This document shows positions 59,738 to 64,000 of a stretch of DNA of 64,000 nucleotides, in pieces. Below the pieces are notes generated by a model, which was given only the letters and a program-made list of their open reading frames with translations, was not told where the DNA came from and searched no databases. Position 1 is the first letter of the stretch. Every line of letters starts with the position of its first letter. The position numbers were made by a program, and so were the translations under genes. The DNA comes from Lachnospiraceae bacterium (GTDB lineage Bacteria > Bacillota > Clostridia > Lachnospirales > Lachnospiraceae). The stretch covers positions 38,055-102,054 of the forward strand of contig JBKECY010000050.1 of assembly GCA_047975025.1 (NCBI GenBank). The letters run 5' to 3'.

Positions 59738-60958
59738 ATGAACGAGAAATTATTTGCCACAGCACAGAAATACAGTGAACATATAGCTAATCTTTGTGGT
59801 ACGACAAGCTATTTAATAGATCATAACAGCAAAGAGATGAGTTGTTCAGCCTATGCGAAAATCTGTGAGCAGTGTATAAAATATAAGCTATGCCATTGTA
59901 ATGCCGTAGATGCCTATATACAAGGCTACGAGCAGGCCTATCAGTGGGATGGAATGTATATTTATTTGTGTGAACTGGGACTGGTGCTGGCGGGATTTTC
60001 CATTTCTGATGAGGATGGAGATCTGACAGGCGGTCTGCTCGTGGGCCCTTGTTGTCTGGGAACGATTGACGACAATCTGCAGGATGATTTTCCTATGGAG
60101 GTCAAGGAGACGATTTCCGGTATGCCCAGCTTTACGGTAGGTCAGATTCAGAGTATGGCAGAGATCGTGGTAGTACTGACAGAGCAGATGTCGGAAGGAC
60201 TGCATACGAAGTCTAAACGAGTATTCTACCAGCAGGAAACTTTGGTGCGTGACTTATATACGGAGAAAATGCGCCAGCTGTCAGATAACACATATTATAT
60301 GTATCCCATTAAGCTGGAAAGAGAGCTCAGGATGGCGATCCGCAGTCAGGACAAGGAGAATGCACAGATCATCTTGAATCAGATACTGGCAACGATTTAT
60401 GTGTCAAACGATTCTAATATCGAGAGGATGAAGCCTAGAATCACAGAACTTCTCATTGTTATTTCACGTGCGGCACTGGAGGTGGGGGCGGACGGAGGCG
60501 GTCTGCCGGTCATGACACAGGATTTTGCCAGAGAACTAGATAAAATCAACACGATTGAGGACATGAGTGCCTGGCTTTCGGCTATATTGCAGACGCTGAT
60601 CAAGGACACCTTCGATTTTAATAATATTAAGCACGGAGAGATCATCTTTAATGTTGTCGAGTATATTAAGCGAAATTATATGAAGAACATAACGTTGGAC
60701 GACATTGCCCAAAGCACCTATGTGAGCAAAGCGTATTTAAGCAGTCTCTTTAAAAAAGAAACGGGCAAGAGTATCTCTCACTATATCAATTGTGTGCGGG
60801 TGGATAAAAGCAAGCTTTTGCTGCTCAATAGCAAACTGGGGCTTGTCGAAGTGGCAGATTTATGCGGATTTGGAAGTCAAAGTTACTTTACTAAGATTTT
60901 TCACAGTATTGTCGGGGTAACACCCAAAAAATACAGGGAAGAGCGCGGAAAAAAATAG
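59738..60958 (+). CDS. AraC-family transcriptional regulator with N-terminal PocR-like sensory domain
   Basis: N-terminal Cys-rich segment (CSAYAKICEQCIKYKLCHC...YIYLCELGL...GGLLVGP) resembles PocR. The C-terminus is an AraC HTH (VEYIKRNYMKNITLDDIA...GVTPKKYR). Confidence 0.7.
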   Translation: MNEKLFATAQKYSEHIANLCGTTSYLIDHNSKEMSCSAYAKICEQCIKYKLCHCNAVDAYIQGYEQAYQWDGMYIYLCELGLVLAGFSISDEDGDLTGGLLVGPCCLGTIDDNLQDDFPMEVKETISGMPSFTVGQIQSMAEIVVVLTEQMSEGLHTKSKRVFYQQETLVRDLYTEKMRQLSDNTYYMYPIKLERELRMAIRSQDKENAQIILNQILATIYVSNDSNIERMKPRITELLIVISRAALEVGADGGGLPVMTQDFARELDKINTIEDMSAWLSAILQTLIKDTFDFNNIKHGEIIFNVVEYIKRNYMKNITLDDIAQSTYVSKAYLSSLFKKETGKSISHYINCVRVDKSKLLLLNSKLGLVEVADLCGFGSQSYFTKIFHSIVGVTPKKYREERGKK

Positions 60959-60959
60959 A

Positions 60960-61634
60960 TCAGATTTCTGCCTGCCAGGACATGGCAGGCAGTACCTTTT
61001 TAGGTGCATGGACAGGGATGATTTTGGGGATTCTCACCTTTTCTGTATCCCAGATAAGCTCCTGAAGTTTTTGCTTAGACAGAGTCTGCCGACCGGCAGG
61101 CTCTGTTTTGCAGTGTGGATTGATTGTATAAATATAAGTCTGCAGGGCAGATAACTGTTCCGGTGAAAGCGCCTCTGTTTTACTGAGAAAGACAAAATCA
61201 CTATGGCGGATCTGGTTTTCTAAAAATGTTTCGGACAAGAGGCGGCGTTTCTCGAACGTGGAAGCATCCAGCACAAGACAGATAGATTTGATATGGCACA
61301 GTTTCTGCAAAGCCGGTGTCTGAAGTTGTACCAGCAGATCAGAGAGCTGCGCAAAGCCGGAGGCCTCTAATAAGATAGAATCAGGCGCCTCTTCGTAGAC
61401 CGTCTGAATCATACCGGGAACAAGCGTGCCGGCACAGCAGACACACCCGGCATACATACTTTTTACAAGGATTGAGGGGGTAGCAGACGCATAAGAAGGA
61501 TAGGTGCATTTGCCGGACTCGTTCTCCCAGACAACGATTTTTTGTGCCTGCGGCGCCTGTTCCAGCAGCTGCCTGGCAAAGGTAGTCTTGCCGGCACCTT
61601 GAAAACCTGCAATGACAATAAGTTCTGTTTTCAT
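60960..61634 (-). CDS. COG0523/CobW-family G3E P-loop GTPase (short form, no CobW_C domain)
   Basis: About 224 aa from the ATG at 61634 (AAGGAGG Shine-Dalgarno sequence). P-loop IAGFQGAGKTT, VWENESG, and the family metal motif GCVCC. Confidence 0.75.
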   Translation of the reverse strand: MKTELIVIAGFQGAGKTTFARQLLEQAPQAQKIVVWENESGKCTYPSYASATPSILVKSMYAGCVCCAGTLVPGMIQTVYEEAPDSILLEASGFAQLSDLLVQLQTPALQKLCHIKSICLVLDASTFEKRRLLSETFLENQIRHSDFVFLSKTEALSPEQLSALQTYIYTINPHCKTEPAGRQTLSKQKLQELIWDTEKVRIPKIIPVHAPKKVLPAMSWQAEI

Positions 61635-61673
61635 GATGGTATCCTCCTTGTAGAAGTCTGTATCCAATTGCTT

Positions 61674-63050
61674 TTATAAGCCGTATTCTGCCGGTGCGTA
61701 TTTGCTTTCGTCTAATTCTGCACGTATTTCCTGTGTAAATTCCTCTTTGTCCTCTGGAATTTCGTCAATCTGATCTTTTAGGATATCCAGCCAGCGCGTC
61801 TCTTTTTCGCTGATTTCAAGCTCTTTGGCTGCAACTGCATGCTCAAGGATTTCCACAGTTTTTCTGGCAACATGTAATGTTCTTAAGAAGGGGTCTTGTG
61901 TTTTGATGATTTCTTTACTGATTTCGAAGACTACATCCGGACGCATTACATAAGCCTGCGGGTCCAGATAGCAGTCAGACTCAACGAGCAGATCCCGCAT
62001 TACTTTTTGGTATCCTTTTTCTGCAGCCTTGTTCATCAGACGGCAGTCGTAGATGAGCTGTTCCGTAGAAACGACCGGTGCGAACCCGCTTAGAAGTTTG
62101 ACCTGCTGTACAGATTCATTGCTCCACAAATCAGCGACAGCCGCTGAAATATTGCCGATGGGGCTAAAGTGAGCGCACGCAGCAGATTTTCCTTCCAGTG
62201 AAATAGGGGTGCCCGTAATAGCTTTTAAATAAACATTTTCATAAGCGCAGTCTTTACCAGGCCCAACAGCTCCGTTTTCAAGTGCCACTAAGGCTCTGGG
62301 AGCTGAAATTGTACGCATAAATGCAGCATACACTTTGGGGATAAAGCCTTGTTCTGCCAGAACCATGGCGGTATTGGCAAAGCCGCAAGCCGAATCGCCG
62401 CCGGCAATAGCACCGTTCTCGGTAATGATCTGAGTGAGATTCTGCCAGAGCCATTCCATATCGTTGGAGGCAAGCACGCCAAGTGCGAAAATAGAGGTGC
62501 GGATATCAGCGTTTACGATGGCCGCATCGTTGATTTCCTTGCCGCCGGTAGATTCGATCGATAAGATATCTGCGCCGTCTTTGGCAGTCTGCTCAAATAT
62601 AGAAACCATAGAATCCCAATATTTGCCGCTTCTCATAATCGGCGGACGGGACATATCACGCAGATCGTTCGGGGTCATGCGGATAACTGTTTTAAGTCCG
62701 TGTTTTGCTTCGAATTCTGATATTCTGTCACGCAGGATTTTGTGAATGGAGATACCCCATTCCGGGTGTTCTGTATATTGCGGCAAGGTCTCAAATTCGA
62801 CGACCAGACCGGGCGCATGCAGCTCGTGTGCTTTTTTCAGCACGCCGTCAATCATGTCGGTGTAAATCCTTTGGGCTGTCGGCAGGGTTTCAGCAGTTGC
62901 ACTCATAACCGGCAGAGTAAAGTTGACTTCAGGGTAGATGGTACCTCCTCCAATAGTAAGACCGTTTTTGCATACAACCGGGTTAGGGCATTTGCCGTAC
63001 AGAAAATCTTCGGTTGAAGCATAGGCAAGTTGTGAGAAAGTTTTTTTCAT
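61674..63050 (-). CDS. mtaB: MtaB-family methanol:corrinoid methyltransferase homologue
   Basis: 458 aa. It aligns along its whole length with the Methanosarcina MtaB sequence as I remember it: SIESTGGKE, GDSACGFANTAM, ISAPRALVALENGAVGPGKDCAYEN, AACAH, WSNESV, DPQAY, and C-terminal PAEYGL. Confidence 0.8.
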   Translation of the reverse strand: MKKTFSQLAYASTEDFLYGKCPNPVVCKNGLTIGGGTIYPEVNFTLPVMSATAETLPTAQRIYTDMIDGVLKKAHELHAPGLVVEFETLPQYTEHPEWGISIHKILRDRISEFEAKHGLKTVIRMTPNDLRDMSRPPIMRSGKYWDSMVSIFEQTAKDGADILSIESTGGKEINDAAIVNADIRTSIFALGVLASNDMEWLWQNLTQIITENGAIAGGDSACGFANTAMVLAEQGFIPKVYAAFMRTISAPRALVALENGAVGPGKDCAYENVYLKAITGTPISLEGKSAACAHFSPIGNISAAVADLWSNESVQQVKLLSGFAPVVSTEQLIYDCRLMNKAAEKGYQKVMRDLLVESDCYLDPQAYVMRPDVVFEISKEIIKTQDPFLRTLHVARKTVEILEHAVAAKELEISEKETRWLDILKDQIDEIPEDKEEFTQEIRAELDESKYAPAEYGL

Positions 63051-63367
63051 TTGTGGTTCCTCCTTTTTAGCTCGAAAGCAATTGTAATGTGTGGTGTTAC
63101 CCGTATACTATCAAAAGAGAATTGTAAAATATATCAAAATAATAGAATTTTTTTAACTTTTTTTCGACTTTATTTTGATAAAAAATGCCAACTAATTGAA
63201 AAAGTATAAGTATCATACAAAAAAACAGATGTCCAATACTGAAATTTGCTGAATGCGTGATACTATTGTAAAAAAATTACAAAAATCATTGTTTATTGAT
63301 ATATTTTTAAAAAATCCTATGCCATAATGTGCTCGTTAAGATTATATAAATACAGGAGGAGAACACA

Positions 63368-64000
63368 ATGAATATGTTTAAATGGGTGGATAAAATGATC
63401 TTTGAGGATGAGAAAAAACCTTTGCCTATTTTATCTTTTCCGTCAGTACAGTTATTATTTGTAACTGTTAAAGAGTTGGTCTCAAGCAGTGATTATCAGG
63501 CTATGGGGATGCGAATGATCGCCGACAAGTATGATATGCCGGCAGCCCCCAGTTTCATGGATCTCTCAGTAGAAGCTGAGGCATTCGGTTCTACGGCTGT
63601 CTATGCCAGTGATGAAGTGCCAACCATCATCGGACATCTTGTGCGTACGCAAGAAGAGGCAGATGCGCTCGTTGTACCCGAGGTAGGTGCCGGACGTACG
63701 GGAATCTGCGTGGAGGGTGTGAGAAAAAGCCTCAAGCTGATCACAGACCGCCCGGTTTTCGCCGGTTGTATCGGACCCTATTCGCTGGCGGGGCGTCTGA
63801 TGGATATCAACGAGGTTATGGTCGACTGCTATGAAGAGCCTGAAAAAGTACATACGGTGCTTCAAAAAGCCACTGATTTTATTATAAAATATATTAAAGA
63901 GTTCAAAAAAACAGGGGCACATGGTGTCATCCTGGCCGAGCCGCTGGCGGGTCTGTTGTCTCCGGAACTTATGCAAAAGTTTTCTTCCGATTACGTTCGT
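63368..64000 (+). CDS. Uroporphyrinogen-decarboxylase-family (MtaA/MtbA-like) methylcorrinoid methyltransferase, 5' part; the frame runs off the window end
   Basis: Not in the ORF track because there is no stop in the window. My translation: MNMFKWVDKMIFEDEKKPLPILSFP...SVEAEAFGSTAVY...FAGCIGPYSLAGRLM...GVILAEPLAGLLSPE. AGGAGGA Shine-Dalgarno sequence 6 nt upstream. Confidence 0.7.
   Translation, partial: MNMFKWVDKMIFEDEKKPLPILSFPSVQLLFVTVKELVSSSDYQAMGMRMIADKYDMPAAPSFMDLSVEAEAFGSTAVYASDEVPTIIGHLVRTQEEADALVVPEVGAGRTGICVEGVRKSLKLITDRPVFAGCIGPYSLAGRLMDINEVMVDCYEEPEKVHTVLQKATDFIIKYIKEFKKTGAHGVILAEPLAGLLSPELMQKFSSDYVR

Overview
This is a chromosomal window from a Gram-positive anaerobe. The gene content looks like Clostridia/Lachnospiraceae, but that taxon call is inference. 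In order, the window contains:

- addB (3' part) and addA.
- A sugar-utilisation locus: a YesM/YesN-type two-component system, an ABC importer, an unclassified glycoside-hydrolase-like protein and a GH3 beta-glucosidase.
- An ECF-type importer module directly followed by a CydD/CydC-like heterodimeric ABC exporter.
- aroC, corA, a rhomboid-like membrane protein, pyk and a lysA-like gene.
- A clear cobalamin riboswitch in front of a ~7.1 kb surface-protein gene whose N-terminus is a transcobalamin-like DUF4430 domain.
- tRNA-Leu(CAA), a TraX-family protein and an orphan LytTR response regulator.
- An 8.4 kb repeat-built surface-protein gene.
- A housekeeping block: polA, coaE, an MBL hydrolase, an ACT/UPF0210 pair, tmcAL, pta, ackA, yceD and rpmF.
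- A corrinoid-methyltransferase island: a PocR-AraC regulator, a COG0523 GTPase, an MtaB-like gene and a divergent MtaA-like gene that runs off the window end.

The most interesting candidate is the B12-riboswitch-controlled giant DUF4430 wall-bound protein, a possible Gram-positive corrinoid-capture system. The second is the MtaB-like / COG0523 / PocR island.

The window also carries at least four single-base frame disruptions, one in-frame amber codon and one suspicious read-through fusion, all in otherwise conserved genes. Most of these sit in short homopolymers, so assembly error must be excluded before calling them pseudogenes. I saw no CRISPR array, transposase, integrase or rRNA.
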